A stretch of 62,199 nucleotides of DNA, counting the filler. It is 4 parts of 4 records of this genome, joined end to end, with 100 filler letters (N's around TTAATTAATTAA, not from the genome) between each part and the next. Parts side by side here need not be neighbours in the genome. Positions count along the whole stretch, not along the records: positions 1 to 17,805 come from SRR31156797_6214; 3 more parts are not named here. One strand, 5' to 3'. Positions 1 through 10,053 of the stretch are shown here, piece by piece (position 1 is the first letter of the stretch; each line of letters starts with the position of its first letter). A program made the position numbers and the translations under genes. The notes under the pieces are model-generated. The model was not told where the DNA came from. It saw only the letters and a program-made list of their open reading frames with translations, and made no database searches.

Positions 1-62
1 ATGATGCAGTATCATTAAAATCTGGTATGAATGCTTGGACTGGCGACGTTGTAACTGATTAG
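1..62 (+). CDS. 3' end of a gene cut by the window edge, possibly a rhodanese-domain protein
   Basis: The frame from nt 3 reads DAVSLKSGMNAWTGDVVTD*, resembling the rhodanese C-terminal signature (V..L.GG...W). A terminator follows. Confidence 0.4.
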   Translation, partial: DAVSLKSGMNAWTGDVVTD

Positions 63-69
63 TAAATTT

Positions 70-105
70 AAGAGAGCCCTTATTATTAGGGCTTTCTTTT
101 TTTCT
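70..105 (+). terminator. Rho-independent terminator
   Basis: Hairpin AGAGAGCCCT-TATTATT-AGGGCTTTCT followed by a T-run, directly after a stop codon. Confidence 0.8.
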
Positions 106-146
106 CTACTATGATAATATATTCATAGAAAGGAAAGGAGCATGAT

Positions 147-1712
147 TTGTACAATAAAGCAAAAATAATTAAGAATAAAATGAGCGTATATCTTCTCGTG
201 TATATCGCTTTTTATTTTGTTGTTAATTGTTTTTTTCTAGGAAAATTCCCGCTTATGCATTCGGATGAGTCATGGCTTTCTGGATTGACTAGAAGTATGA
301 TGAGTGAGGGCTTTGGTGCAACTGAATACTTCTTTGATATTTTTCCCAGATATCCACATGCAATTAAATCAATATTTCATTTGCTTCAAATGGTGTTTAT
401 ACTAGTATTCGGGTATAGTTTGTTTACTGTAAGGCTTTTGTCATTGATTTTTGGCTGTATCTCATTAGTTTTGATATATAGATTGCTACTGAAGCTAACT
501 AAATCAAACATTATCTCTTTTATAGGAATGATAATAATTTCATTGGATATCCAATTTGTTTATGCATCTCATTTTGCCAGACAGGAGATAGTAATCCTAT
601 TCATAATGCTTTTTGGTATCTGCTATATAGTCACAAATGCTTCAAAATGGAGTATAAAAAAGGACATAGTAGCAGCGTCAGCTATTGGAGTATCAATAGG
701 AATACATCCGAACAGTTTCATAGTTGCGATGGTTTTAGGCTCAATTTATCTTTATTATTTAATAGCGTATAAAAAATTCAGGATAAAAAATCTACTGATT
801 TTGATTCTGACTACCACAGGCTTTGCCCTGCTTTTTGTAGGTGCAAGCTATATAATGAATGATAATTTTATTTATGATTATTTAAAATATGGAGACAATC
901 TGGGAGTAACCGTTAGCGGTATAATGAAATTTATCGCATTTCCAGATTATTATAGAAAATTATTTAATGGCTTTAGCGTTACTTACTATCTGCCGGATAT
1001 TAGATTTCAATTAATACTATTTGCAATAAGTATTGTGACTGGGATTCTTAGTCTGGCATTTAACAAAAGAAATAAATTGATTTTATTAATGATTCTACCT
1101 GTCATTGCAATAAATATTAGTTTTATAATTATTAGTAGATATGCACAGCCCTATATAATATTTATCTTTCCATTATGTTATATTCTTGTCTTTATGCTGT
1201 TGAGTAAATTCAAAAAACTGCAGATGATTTTCATTTCATTGTTGGGAATTGCAACACTTGCTAATACACTGATGGGTATAATACCGTATCTAAATAATGA
1301 TTATAATGATTATAATGATTACTTAAGTGAAATAGAGGAGGTAGTGCCATCTGATGCCGAGGTATTGGCAAATCTAAATACAGAGTATGCGTTTGAATAT
1401 GACAACTTGCATGATTACCGCAATCTGGCATATTTAGATGAAAAAAGTCTTGAGGACTATATTAAACAGAATGAAATAGAATATATTATTTATCCTGAGG
1501 AGATGGATTTTATATACAAAAATCGTCCTGTATGGAATGTTGTGTATGGTAATGTTTATCCGTATTACGATGATATGCAGGAGTTTCTTGATAATGATTG
1601 CGAATTAATAAAGGATTTTGCTTCACCATATGCGATGCGTATTTTGATGTATTCACAGAGCAAGCCATGGGAAGTAAAGATATACAGAGTATTGGAGGGA
1701 GAAAATAGTTAA
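147..1712 (+). CDS. Polytopic membrane glycosyltransferase, ArnT/PMT (GT-C, GT39/GT83-like)
   Basis: About 11-12 hydrophobic segments, a 'DE' motif after TM1 (HSDESW), 'RLLSLIFG', 'ARQE', and a soluble C-terminal domain. RBS AGGAAAGGAG precedes a TTG start. Confidence 0.75.
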   Translation: MYNKAKIIKNKMSVYLLVYIAFYFVVNCFFLGKFPLMHSDESWLSGLTRSMMSEGFGATEYFFDIFPRYPHAIKSIFHLLQMVFILVFGYSLFTVRLLSLIFGCISLVLIYRLLLKLTKSNIISFIGMIIISLDIQFVYASHFARQEIVILFIMLFGICYIVTNASKWSIKKDIVAASAIGVSIGIHPNSFIVAMVLGSIYLYYLIAYKKFRIKNLLILILTTTGFALLFVGASYIMNDNFIYDYLKYGDNLGVTVSGIMKFIAFPDYYRKLFNGFSVTYYLPDIRFQLILFAISIVTGILSLAFNKRNKLILLMILPVIAINISFIIISRYAQPYIIFIFPLCYILVFMLLSKFKKLQMIFISLLGIATLANTLMGIIPYLNNDYNDYNDYLSEIEEVVPSDAEVLANLNTEYAFEYDNLHDYRNLAYLDEKSLEDYIKQNEIEYIIYPEEMDFIYKNRPVWNVVYGNVYPYYDDMQEFLDNDCELIKDFASPYAMRILMYSQSKPWEVKIYRVLEGENS

Positions 1713-1740
1713 GCTTATTGAGTTTGCTATTAAATGTTAT

Positions 1741-3015
1741 ATGAAAATAATGATATTAGGCGGAGGCAGCAATCAAATAGATTTGATTAAAAAAGTAAAG
1801 GATTCAGGGGATGAAGCAATACTGATTGATTATCTTAAAGATTGCCCGGGAAAAGAATATGCAGATATACACCTTCTGATTTCAACATTTGATATTGAAG
1901 GGATAATTGATGCTGCGAAGAAATACAATGTTGAGGCAATAGTTACAGCTGGTACAGATCAGCCGGTTTATTCTGCAGCTGCAGCAAGCGATGAATTGGG
2001 CTTGAAATTCTATGTAGATAAAGAGACAGCAAAAGCAGTAACCAATAAAATCATTATGAAGGAAACTTTTAAGAAGAATAATATTCCATCAGTAGATTAT
2101 AGATTAATAAAATCCGGTTTTACTGACGAAGATATTAATGAGCTTAAATTCCCTGCAGTAATAAAGCCAGTTGATTCTCAGGGACAGCGGGGCATTTTCT
2201 TGGTAAATAGTATTTATGAAGTTCGAGAGCATATTGATGAAACTTTATCATTCTCCAGAGAAGATACAGCTCTCATTGAAGAGTACTACGAAAACGATGA
2301 AATCACAGTCAATGGCTGGGTAAATGAAGGTGAAGTAATAATTATCTCCGTAGTGGACAGAGTAACAATAAAAAGGGACAATCACATTGGCATTTGCTTA
2401 TGTCATAATTTCCCATCAGTTCATCTTGCTAAAAATTATAATGATTTTGAGAAAATTACAAATGATATTGTTAAGGCTTTTAATATCAAGAACGGTCCTT
2501 TATATTTTCAGTATCTTGTAGGAAATGAAGGCATCAAAGTTAATGAAATTGCTATGCGGGTGGGCGGTGCATATGAAGGTATAACAATTCCCATAATTGC
2601 AGATATTGATATCTTGGGAATGGTTATAGAATATGCAAAGTACGGCAGCGCAGATAATAGAAAACTGCTGAGATATTCACTTAGCAATAATAATATATGC
2701 TTATCAACTCAATTATTTTATTGTAATGAGGGACAAATCAGCTTCATGACGCCTTTAGAAGATATTAAAAATATGCCTTGTGTAAGAGCAGCATTCTATG
2801 AATACAAAGCAGGTGACTGGATCAAGCCTATTAAAAATGCAACAGTAAGAGCAGGATATCTGATAATCCAAGGAAGCAGCTTCCAAAACATGATAGAAAA
2901 TGTTAATATAGTATTTGATAAGATAAATATTTGTGATGATAACGGCAGGAATCTGACAATTAAATACAGAGATTATAAAGATAAATATATTTACTATAGT
3001 GAAGATACAGAATAG
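1741..3015 (+). CDS. ATP-grasp domain ligase
   Basis: N-terminal ILGGG, then NKxxMK, 'FPAVIKPVDSQGQRGI', 'IEEY' and 'NEIAMRVGG' ATP-grasp motifs. Confidence 0.85.
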   Translation: MKIMILGGGSNQIDLIKKVKDSGDEAILIDYLKDCPGKEYADIHLLISTFDIEGIIDAAKKYNVEAIVTAGTDQPVYSAAAASDELGLKFYVDKETAKAVTNKIIMKETFKKNNIPSVDYRLIKSGFTDEDINELKFPAVIKPVDSQGQRGIFLVNSIYEVREHIDETLSFSREDTALIEEYYENDEITVNGWVNEGEVIIISVVDRVTIKRDNHIGICLCHNFPSVHLAKNYNDFEKITNDIVKAFNIKNGPLYFQYLVGNEGIKVNEIAMRVGGAYEGITIPIIADIDILGMVIEYAKYGSADNRKLLRYSLSNNNICLSTQLFYCNEGQISFMTPLEDIKNMPCVRAAFYEYKAGDWIKPIKNATVRAGYLIIQGSSFQNMIENVNIVFDKINICDDNGRNLTIKYRDYKDKYIYYSEDTE

Positions 3016-3055
3016 ATTTCACATAGCAATATTAGACACTTAGTACAGGTGAGTA

Positions 3056-4351
3056 ATGAAGAGAAATTTGAAATGGTACAGACTGGACACGTCTGCAAAA
3101 ATATATCCTGCACTGGAATCAATACGCAATCCGGCGCTATTTCGGGTTAGTATATCATTAGATGAGGATGTCAATCCAGATATTTTACTCAAGGTGCTAA
3201 ATTCGGTTAAGGATCGTTTTCCATATTACAATGTTCATATGAAAAAAGGCTTGTTCTGGAATTATCTAGAACAGAATAAAAGCAGCTTAAGAGTATGGAA
3301 GGATGCGGTATCTCCATGCCAGAGAATTTATCCCATATTTAATCACGGTTATCTGTACAAAATTATGTACTATCGAAATAAAATCTCATTGGATATATTC
3401 CATGTCCTAACTGATGGCACTGGTGCTATTGAATTCTTGAAATGTATTGTTAATCAGTATTTGCTGGAGCGTGGATTAATTGATACGACGGAGGAAGGCA
3501 TTATTGATGCTTCAAAGAATCCAAGCGAAGAAGAAGAGCAAGATGGTTTTGTACAGCTTCTATATGCATACAAAGATGATATACCAAAGGAAAAGAAAAG
3601 AACGCTTATATCCAACAAGCATAATTTCATTATAAAGGACAAGCATCTGCCTCCAGGTAAGTACAAAGTGGTAACTGGAATAGTACAAATAGATGAAATA
3701 AAGATTCTTAGTAAGAAATATAATGCAACAATTACTCAGCTTCTGACTGCGCTGTATATGGATACTCTTATAGCTGAACAGAAAAAGCAGAATAAAAAAA
3801 GAGATAAAGTAAGAAATATAGCAATACAAATACCTGTAAATATGAGGAAGTATTATGATGTAAAGTGCATGAGGAATTTTTCACTTTTTGTTATTCCTGA
3901 GGTCAATCCCAAAAAGGCAAAGGGACTAAAGGATATTATCGAAGCTGTGAAGCAATTTATGTCTGAACATCTTACTATGGAGCATTTGTTAACAATGGCT
4001 GATGATAATAGCGTATTAGCATCAAATCCTTTTATCAAATACACACCTGTAGGATTAAAGAATATTATTATTCGGTTTTTTGCAAATACAAAGGGATCAA
4101 CTCAATTTTCTGGTACAATATCCAATCTTGGATTGATAAAATTACCCCAAAATGTATCAAAACATGTAAAAGATGTTGAATTTGTTTTGGGACCATCAAA
4201 TCATAACAAATGCTCATGTGCCGTTGCAGGATATGATGGTAAATTATATATTACGTTTGGCAGAAGTGTGAATGATGCAATAGTGTCAAGAGGAATGTTT
4301 GGCAGATTGGTTGAGATGGGTGTCGGCGTTGAGGTAAGAAGCAATTACTAA
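3056..4351 (+). CDS. Alcohol acetyltransferase / condensation-fold CoA-dependent acyltransferase
   Basis: HxxxDG catalytic motif (FHVLTDGTG), plus 'IPVNMR', 'MRNF' and 'SNLG', typical of Firmicute alcohol acetyltransferase-like proteins. Confidence 0.75.
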   Translation: MKRNLKWYRLDTSAKIYPALESIRNPALFRVSISLDEDVNPDILLKVLNSVKDRFPYYNVHMKKGLFWNYLEQNKSSLRVWKDAVSPCQRIYPIFNHGYLYKIMYYRNKISLDIFHVLTDGTGAIEFLKCIVNQYLLERGLIDTTEEGIIDASKNPSEEEEQDGFVQLLYAYKDDIPKEKKRTLISNKHNFIIKDKHLPPGKYKVVTGIVQIDEIKILSKKYNATITQLLTALYMDTLIAEQKKQNKKRDKVRNIAIQIPVNMRKYYDVKCMRNFSLFVIPEVNPKKAKGLKDIIEAVKQFMSEHLTMEHLLTMADDNSVLASNPFIKYTPVGLKNIIIRFFANTKGSTQFSGTISNLGLIKLPQNVSKHVKDVEFVLGPSNHNKCSCAVAGYDGKLYITFGRSVNDAIVSRGMFGRLVEMGVGVEVRSNY

Positions 4352-4366
4352 GTTAAAGGAGACAAT

Positions 4367-5245
4367 ATGTCATACTGTGTTGAATGCGGTGTAAAACTGG
4401 CAGATTATAATAAGGAATGTCCGTTATGCGGAACAGCGGTGATTAATCCTAATAAGAAAGTAAAAGTAAGAAATGATCACTATCCTAACTATGAGGTCGT
4501 TGAGCCAAATGAAAAAAAGATAGTCAATAGATATGTTACAGGACTGATACTTACAATACAGGTTTTGGTATATTCTACTATTTTGCTTGGTTTGAATTTA
4601 TTGATAGAGAAGAAAGTCAGCTGGTCAGTTATTCCGATATTATCTCTGGGACTTGTTTGGATTACTGTTGCATACCCATTTTTCAGGAAACGTAATTCAT
4701 TTTTCAGATTGTTTACATATGATTGTATTACAGTATCAGTATATTTGCTGAGTCTTAATTATGTAATATCTAGGAATTTTATTTGGTCTAAATTTGCATG
4801 TGTAGGTATTTTGTTCTTGTGGGTAATCATAGCAGGCATATTTTTGACCGAGAGGATTAGAAAAGCATTTCCTGTAACTATTTTTTACCTGCTGTCAGCG
4901 GTTATTCTGTCATTTGTCCTTCTTAGCTTCTTCAAAAACAGTGGTAATATTATGAGAATTGGTATTCCGATTATTGTAGTGTTTTTAGTTTTAGGTGTGA
5001 TATCCTATATCCTGATAAAATCCACAAAACATGCAAATACCGGACTTATTACTATATTGTTAGCGAATATTACAATCATGTGCCTTGCAATTGACTTTAT
5101 TACTCATTATTATTTGTATGATAAATTTACATTATCTTGGTCTGTAATAATATTGATTATGGCTGTTCCTGCAATAGTTACTTTGTTTTCCTTGAAAAGA
5201 GTAACTGAACTAAGGGCATATATTTCTAGGAAAATGCATAATTAG
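4367..5245 (+). CDS. Zinc-ribbon membrane protein (DUF6320-like)
   Basis: N-terminal CxxC...CPLC zinc ribbon followed by about 8 TM helices, with a short basic tail. Confidence 0.65.
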   Translation: MSYCVECGVKLADYNKECPLCGTAVINPNKKVKVRNDHYPNYEVVEPNEKKIVNRYVTGLILTIQVLVYSTILLGLNLLIEKKVSWSVIPILSLGLVWITVAYPFFRKRNSFFRLFTYDCITVSVYLLSLNYVISRNFIWSKFACVGILFLWVIIAGIFLTERIRKAFPVTIFYLLSAVILSFVLLSFFKNSGNIMRIGIPIIVVFLVLGVISYILIKSTKHANTGLITILLANITIMCLAIDFITHYYLYDKFTLSWSVIILIMAVPAIVTLFSLKRVTELRAYISRKMHN

Positions 5246-5347
5246 TTATTGTATATTATGTGGTAACGGAAGACTTATATCAGGAAATTTCTTTAAGTAT
5301 AGTAGTAATTAATCAGTAAAAACCAAACAATTATGTTATTGTGCATA

Positions 5348-5376
5348 TTGATTATTAATTTTTCATGTATTATAAT
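5348..5376 (+). promoter_or_regulatory. Sigma-70/SigA promoter of the cobalamin operon
   Basis: TTGATT-N17-TATAAT immediately upstream of the riboswitch. Confidence 0.65.
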
Positions 5377-5391
5377 GCCTACAATTGAATA

Positions 5392-5556
5392 GATTATTTA
5401 CGGTTATTAAAGAATATTAATAGGGAAATTGGTTAAAATCCAATACAGCCCCCGCTGCTGTGATGTGGAGATTTTATCATAGCTTAAGCTAAGCCACTGT
5501 TTATATGGGGAGGCGATAAAATTGATGAAGCGAAGTCAGAAGACCTATCGTAAGTT
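5392..5556 (+). ncRNA. Cobalamin (B12) riboswitch
   Basis: Conserved elements AATAGGGAA..GGT.AAAATCC..ACAGCCCCCGCTGCTGT, GCCACTG...GGGAGG and the B12 box AAGTCAGAAGACCT, upstream of cobalamin genes. Ends are approximate. Confidence 0.9.
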
Positions 5557-5620
5557 TTGATTTGACGTTTGTTTCGGTGGGAAGCTAAGGGGTTTTTTAC
5601 GTTTGTAGTTTCGAATGTAT

Positions 5621-5652
5621 TGCCTTGCTGAAGCATCAGCAGGGCATTTATA
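5621..5652 (+). terminator. Putative riboswitch attenuator hairpin
   Basis: GCCTTGCTGA-AGCA-TCAGCAGGGC stem followed by ATTTATATT, between the riboswitch and the first gene. The U-tract is weak. Confidence 0.5.
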
Positions 5653-5723
5653 TTAGTGAAAATAGGAAAATTAATAATTATTTTCCATTAGTACTAAAAA
5701 GTAAAAGAGAAGGATTGTGAATA

Positions 5724-6290
5724 ATGAGAATTTATACGAAAACAGGAGATGACGGCAAGACTAGTTTAATTGGTGACAGACGCAAAAAGTATGATATTCG
5801 GGTTGAGGCATACGGTACAATTGATGAACTTAATTCATTTGTACAATTGTGCATATCACTGATGGATGAAAATTGTGTAGAAATAGCCGAAACATTTAAT
5901 ATAATTTCACATCTTCTTTTTAACTGTGCAGGTGATTTGGCTGATGCAAATATGAGAATAGAACAGAAAATAAGTTCTGAAAATATAGTATGGCTGGAGG
6001 GACTTATTGATGAGTACATCAGCCAGCAGGAGAAGCTGAAGCATTTTGTTTTGCCGGGAGGGTGTCAGCTGTCAGCTAGTATTCATGTATGCAGAACTAT
6101 AGCCAGACGTGCCGAAAGGAGAATAGTTGAGCTTGCTGATAGTGAAGCGATTAATAAAAATGTGCAGATTTTCATTAATAGATTATCTGATTATTTCTTT
6201 GTTGCAGCTAGAAAAGCTAACCAGATAAAAGGCTGTACTGATGCAGTGTATGAGGGACGCAAATCGGTTTTTCGAGGGAAAAGGAAATGA
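5724..6290 (+). CDS. pduO: ATP:cob(I)alamin adenosyltransferase, PduO type
   Basis: IYTKTGDDGKT, AYGTIDELNS, FVLPGG, RTIARRAER and NRLSDYFF motifs. Confidence 0.95.
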   Translation: MRIYTKTGDDGKTSLIGDRRKKYDIRVEAYGTIDELNSFVQLCISLMDENCVEIAETFNIISHLLFNCAGDLADANMRIEQKISSENIVWLEGLIDEYISQQEKLKHFVLPGGCQLSASIHVCRTIARRAERRIVELADSEAINKNVQIFINRLSDYFFVAARKANQIKGCTDAVYEGRKSVFRGKRK

Positions 6291-7219
6291 TTGCAATAAT
6301 AGCTGCTATTGTTCTGGATATTATTCTGGGTGACCCATTATGGTTTCCCCATCCGATAATATTTATTGGTAAATTAATATCTATGCTTGAAAAATGGTTA
6401 TACAAAAAGGAAAGCAAGCTAAGAGGCTTACTGCTGGTAATATTGTGCTGTACAGTAGTTTTTGCTGTGATACAGGTAATTGTATACCTTTCATCAGTAA
6501 TTAACATTGATAAATATATAATGACATTCTTCCTCTACACATCTTTAGCCATAAAGTCTCTCGCAAAGGCTGGCAAGGAGATATCAGATGCTCTTAATAT
6601 TGGAATTGATAAAGCAAGATTAAAGCTATCATATATCATTGGCAGAGATACAAATCAGCTGGATGAGCAGGAAATACTAAAAGCCACAGTAGAAACAATT
6701 GCAGAGAATACCATTGACGGCATAATTGCTCCGATTTTTTACATGTTGATTGGTTTGATTTTTAATATGCCGCTTCAGTTTGTTTTTGTTTACAAAGCTG
6801 TAAATACTATGGACTCTATGATTGGCTATAAGAATGATAAATATAGTAACTTTGGCTTCTTTGCAGCAAAGCTGGATGATGTGCTAAACTTCATACCAGC
6901 ACGAATTGGAAGTATAATAATGCTAATTGCAGGTCTTTTATCAGGCTATGATTTTAGGAATGGATGCAGAGTATTTGCAAGAGATAGAAAGAATCATAAA
7001 AGTCCGAATTCAGCTCATCCAGAAAGTGCAGTGGCAGGTCTGCTGAATATTCGCCTTGGCGGTCCGAATTTCTATTTTGGTAAATTAGTAGACAAACCAT
7101 ATATCGGCGATGGCGAAAGGAAGCTGAATGCAAATGATATCATAAATACAAATAAAATATTGTATATAAGCACTATAATAGTTCTTATCAGTTTAGTTGT
7201 TACAGAGGTGATTATATGA
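6287..7219 (+). CDS. cbiB: Adenosylcobinamide-phosphate synthase
   Basis: GDP..HP, IGRDT, ETIAEN.IDG, YKAVNTMDSMIGY, DDVLNFIPAR and SPNS motifs. Overlaps pduO by ATGA. Confidence 0.95.
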   Translation: MIAIIAAIVLDIILGDPLWFPHPIIFIGKLISMLEKWLYKKESKLRGLLLVILCCTVVFAVIQVIVYLSSVINIDKYIMTFFLYTSLAIKSLAKAGKEISDALNIGIDKARLKLSYIIGRDTNQLDEQEILKATVETIAENTIDGIIAPIFYMLIGLIFNMPLQFVFVYKAVNTMDSMIGYKNDKYSNFGFFAAKLDDVLNFIPARIGSIIMLIAGLLSGYDFRNGCRVFARDRKNHKSPNSAHPESAVAGLLNIRLGGPNFYFGKLVDKPYIGDGERKLNANDIINTNKILYISTIIVLISLVVTEVII

Positions 7220-8238
7220 AGTGGAGAAGTCATGGTGCTAATCCGGATAAGGTATATAAACAATTTAATATCCCTATACCTGAAAATGTTATTGATTTTA
7301 GCACAAATACAAATGTAATCACAAAGGATTTTTCTGGCGGGTTGGATTTCAAAAGACTAATAGCTGATTACCCTGATGATGAATGCATTGAACTAAGGAA
7401 GGCTATTGCAGAAAAGAATAACATAAGTATTGAAAAGATTCTGTGTGTAAATGGTACAAATGAAGCCATTTACAGTATTATTTCAATGTATAATTCTATC
7501 GGGATATTGCATCCAACATACTCAGAATATGAACGAGCAGCAAAAATATTTGGCAAAAGTGTTACTTATATTTATGATGTAAATAGTATTCCGGATAAAA
7601 TTGACTTATTTATTCTATGTAATCCCAATAATCCAACTGGGAAGTATTATGGCAGAGGTGTTATTGATAAATTGGCAAGACACTGTGCCGAAAAAAATAT
7701 TGTTCTGGTAATTGATGAAGCATATATTGATTTTTTGTTGGTTGAACATAGAATGATAAATATCAATGATTATGGTAATGTATATATCCTGCGTTCTCTG
7801 ACAAAGAGCTATTCTCTGGCTGGTATCAGGCTTGGGTATGTATTGGCAGACTGCTCGAAAATAGAAAGTCTTAAGATGCGTCAGCCAACATGGAGCGTGA
7901 ATTCAATTGCACAGGAAATTGGTAGGAAGTGCATCCTAGATACTGAATTGCTTAAGGAAACCAGAGAATTTTACAGTAGTGAAACTCTGGAACTTATATC
8001 TGAAATAGAAAGATTAGATTATAAAATACTTCCTACTGATGTTCATTATTTTTTGATGGAGACAGAGAATGATAAAAAATTGATAAAATTTATGTTGAAT
8101 AAAGGAATTGTGCTAAGACATACTAGGAATTTTCCAAAACTTGACTGCAAATACGTACGTATCTGTACAAGGGATAAAAGTAGTAATAATATGCTGATTG
8201 AAGCATTAAGAGCATACAGCAGAGAGGACAAGATATGA
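7216..8238 (+). CDS. cobD: L-threonine-O-3-phosphate decarboxylase (PLP class I/II aminotransferase fold)
   Basis: HGAN...DFSTN, CNPNNPTG, IDEAYIDF and RSLTKSYSLAGIRLGY, plus operon context. Confidence 0.85.
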   Translation: MKWRSHGANPDKVYKQFNIPIPENVIDFSTNTNVITKDFSGGLDFKRLIADYPDDECIELRKAIAEKNNISIEKILCVNGTNEAIYSIISMYNSIGILHPTYSEYERAAKIFGKSVTYIYDVNSIPDKIDLFILCNPNNPTGKYYGRGVIDKLARHCAEKNIVLVIDEAYIDFLLVEHRMININDYGNVYILRSLTKSYSLAGIRLGYVLADCSKIESLKMRQPTWSVNSIAQEIGRKCILDTELLKETREFYSSETLELISEIERLDYKILPTDVHYFLMETENDKKLIKFMLNKGIVLRHTRNFPKLDCKYVRICTRDKSSNNMLIEALRAYSREDKI

Positions 8239-9770
8239 GTATTGATAAAAATAAATATAATGTCATGCTGCAGGGGTGCGTATCATCGGTTGGTAAGAGT
8301 CTATTGTCTGCTGGTCTTTGCAGGATAATAATGCAGGACGGACACAGCGTTGCACCTTTTAAGAGCCAGAATATGGCGTTAAATTCATATATAACTGAAC
8401 AAGGATTTGAGATGGGAAGAGCACAGGTAGTGCAGGCAGAAGCAAGTGGTATTGCACCTACTGTTGAGATGAATCCAATTCTGCTTAAACCAACCAGTGA
8501 TAAAAAAAGTCAGATTATAGTAAATGGCAAAGTAGCTGACAATCTTAACTTCATTGAATACCATAAACTAAAGCCTCAGCTAGCGAATATGATACGTGAT
8601 ACATATAAATCATTAGAATCAAAATACGATTATATAGTTATTGAAGGAGCAGGCTCGCCTGCAGAAATCAATCTAAATGACGGTGATATTGTGAATATGG
8701 GCATGGCAGATATTTCTGACAGTCCGGTAATACTAATTGGTGATATTGACAAAGGGGGAGTTTTCGCTTTTCTTTATGGCACCATAGCTCTTTTGGATGA
8801 TGAGCATAAAAAGCGTGTTAAGGGAGTGATAATTAATAAATTCCGTGGTGATAAGAAGATACTTGAGCCGGGGTTAAAAATGCTGGAGAAACGTATTGGA
8901 GTACCTGTTCTGGGCGTAGTGCCTTATATGGATATTGATGTTGAGGATGAAGATAGTGTGTCGGAGAGGCTAAAAAGAACAGTTAACAATGGTGTAGTAG
9001 AAGTGGCTGTTATTAAGCTTCCACACATGTCAAACTACACAGATTTTAATGCATTCTCCTTAGAAAAGTCAGTAACTATGCGTTACGTCGATAGTGTAGA
9101 AGATTTAGGTTCGCCTGATATAATAATCCTGCCTGGTACTAAAAACACTATCGAGGATTTGCTCTATTTAAAGTCTATTGGTATAGATGAGGCTATTGTA
9201 CACCATGCAAAGTCAGGGAAGATAGTTATTGGGATATGTGGTGGTTATCAGATGCTAGCACATTCGCTGCATGACCCTAATTATACAGAATCACATTTGA
9301 AATCAATATCTGGTTTAGGACTTCTTGATATGTCTGTAGAATATATGATAGATAAAACAACCACACAATCTTTGGGCGAGGTAGTATCTGATATTGGAAT
9401 ATTGGAAGGTTTATCCGGATGCAAATTAGAAGGCTATGAGATACATATGGGTATAAATACTTTTGGCAGTGATATTCTAGAGTGTACTAGGATAACGTCA
9501 AGGAATAAAGTGAAAATCAGTAAAGCTGATGGTGTATCAAATCTGCAGGGTAATGTGTTTGGCTCATATATTCATGGAGTATTTGACAGTGGTCCATTTA
9601 TGCGAGGCATTATTAATAATTTAAGAATAACCAAGGGCTACAAAAAAGATAACAGCAAGACAATAACCTATAAAGAGTATAAAGAAATGCAGTACGATAA
9701 GTTAGCTGATATTATGAGAAATTCACTGGATATGGATATGATTTATAAGATAATAAGAAGAGAAGTGTGA
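8235..9770 (+). CDS. cbiP: Cobyric acid synthase
   Basis: SSVGKS P-loop, PFKSQNMALNS, MNPILLKP, IEGAGSPAEINL, and glutamine amidotransferase motifs GICGGYQML, GYEIHMG and YIHG. Confidence 0.95.
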   Translation: MSIDKNKYNVMLQGCVSSVGKSLLSAGLCRIIMQDGHSVAPFKSQNMALNSYITEQGFEMGRAQVVQAEASGIAPTVEMNPILLKPTSDKKSQIIVNGKVADNLNFIEYHKLKPQLANMIRDTYKSLESKYDYIVIEGAGSPAEINLNDGDIVNMGMADISDSPVILIGDIDKGGVFAFLYGTIALLDDEHKKRVKGVIINKFRGDKKILEPGLKMLEKRIGVPVLGVVPYMDIDVEDEDSVSERLKRTVNNGVVEVAVIKLPHMSNYTDFNAFSLEKSVTMRYVDSVEDLGSPDIIILPGTKNTIEDLLYLKSIGIDEAIVHHAKSGKIVIGICGGYQMLAHSLHDPNYTESHLKSISGLGLLDMSVEYMIDKTTTQSLGEVVSDIGILEGLSGCKLEGYEIHMGINTFGSDILECTRITSRNKVKISKADGVSNLQGNVFGSYIHGVFDSGPFMRGIINNLRITKGYKKDNSKTITYKEYKEMQYDKLADIMRNSLDMDMIYKIIRREV

Positions 9771-9983
9771 AAAGACTATATATACATTTTGCAGGTTAAG
9801 TTATTTATGACTAGAGAGCATCTGTGAGTTTACTCGTAAAATATAATTTTTTTGACAATAACACGCTATTTTTCAAAGATATAATGTAATTATTACATCA
9901 TAGAAAGCAAAAACGTCATAAAATATGTTAAAATAGCTAAGTATGCATAGTGAAAGTTAAAATACTTGTTATATATAGGCAAA

Positions 9984-10012
9984 TTGACATGTATGGGGAT
10001 ATGTGCTAGTAT
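9984..10012 (+). promoter_or_regulatory. Sigma-70 promoter of the SPFH/ATPase operon, flanked by a 9-bp inverted repeat
   Basis: TTGACA-N17-TAGTAT with an extended -10 TG. TAGGCAAAT (9976-9984) and ATTTGCCTA (10011-10019) form a perfect inverted repeat. Confidence 0.65.
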
Positions 10013-10053
10013 TTGCCTAGTATTTATCACGGAGGCGTTGGGAGGAGGCAGGA

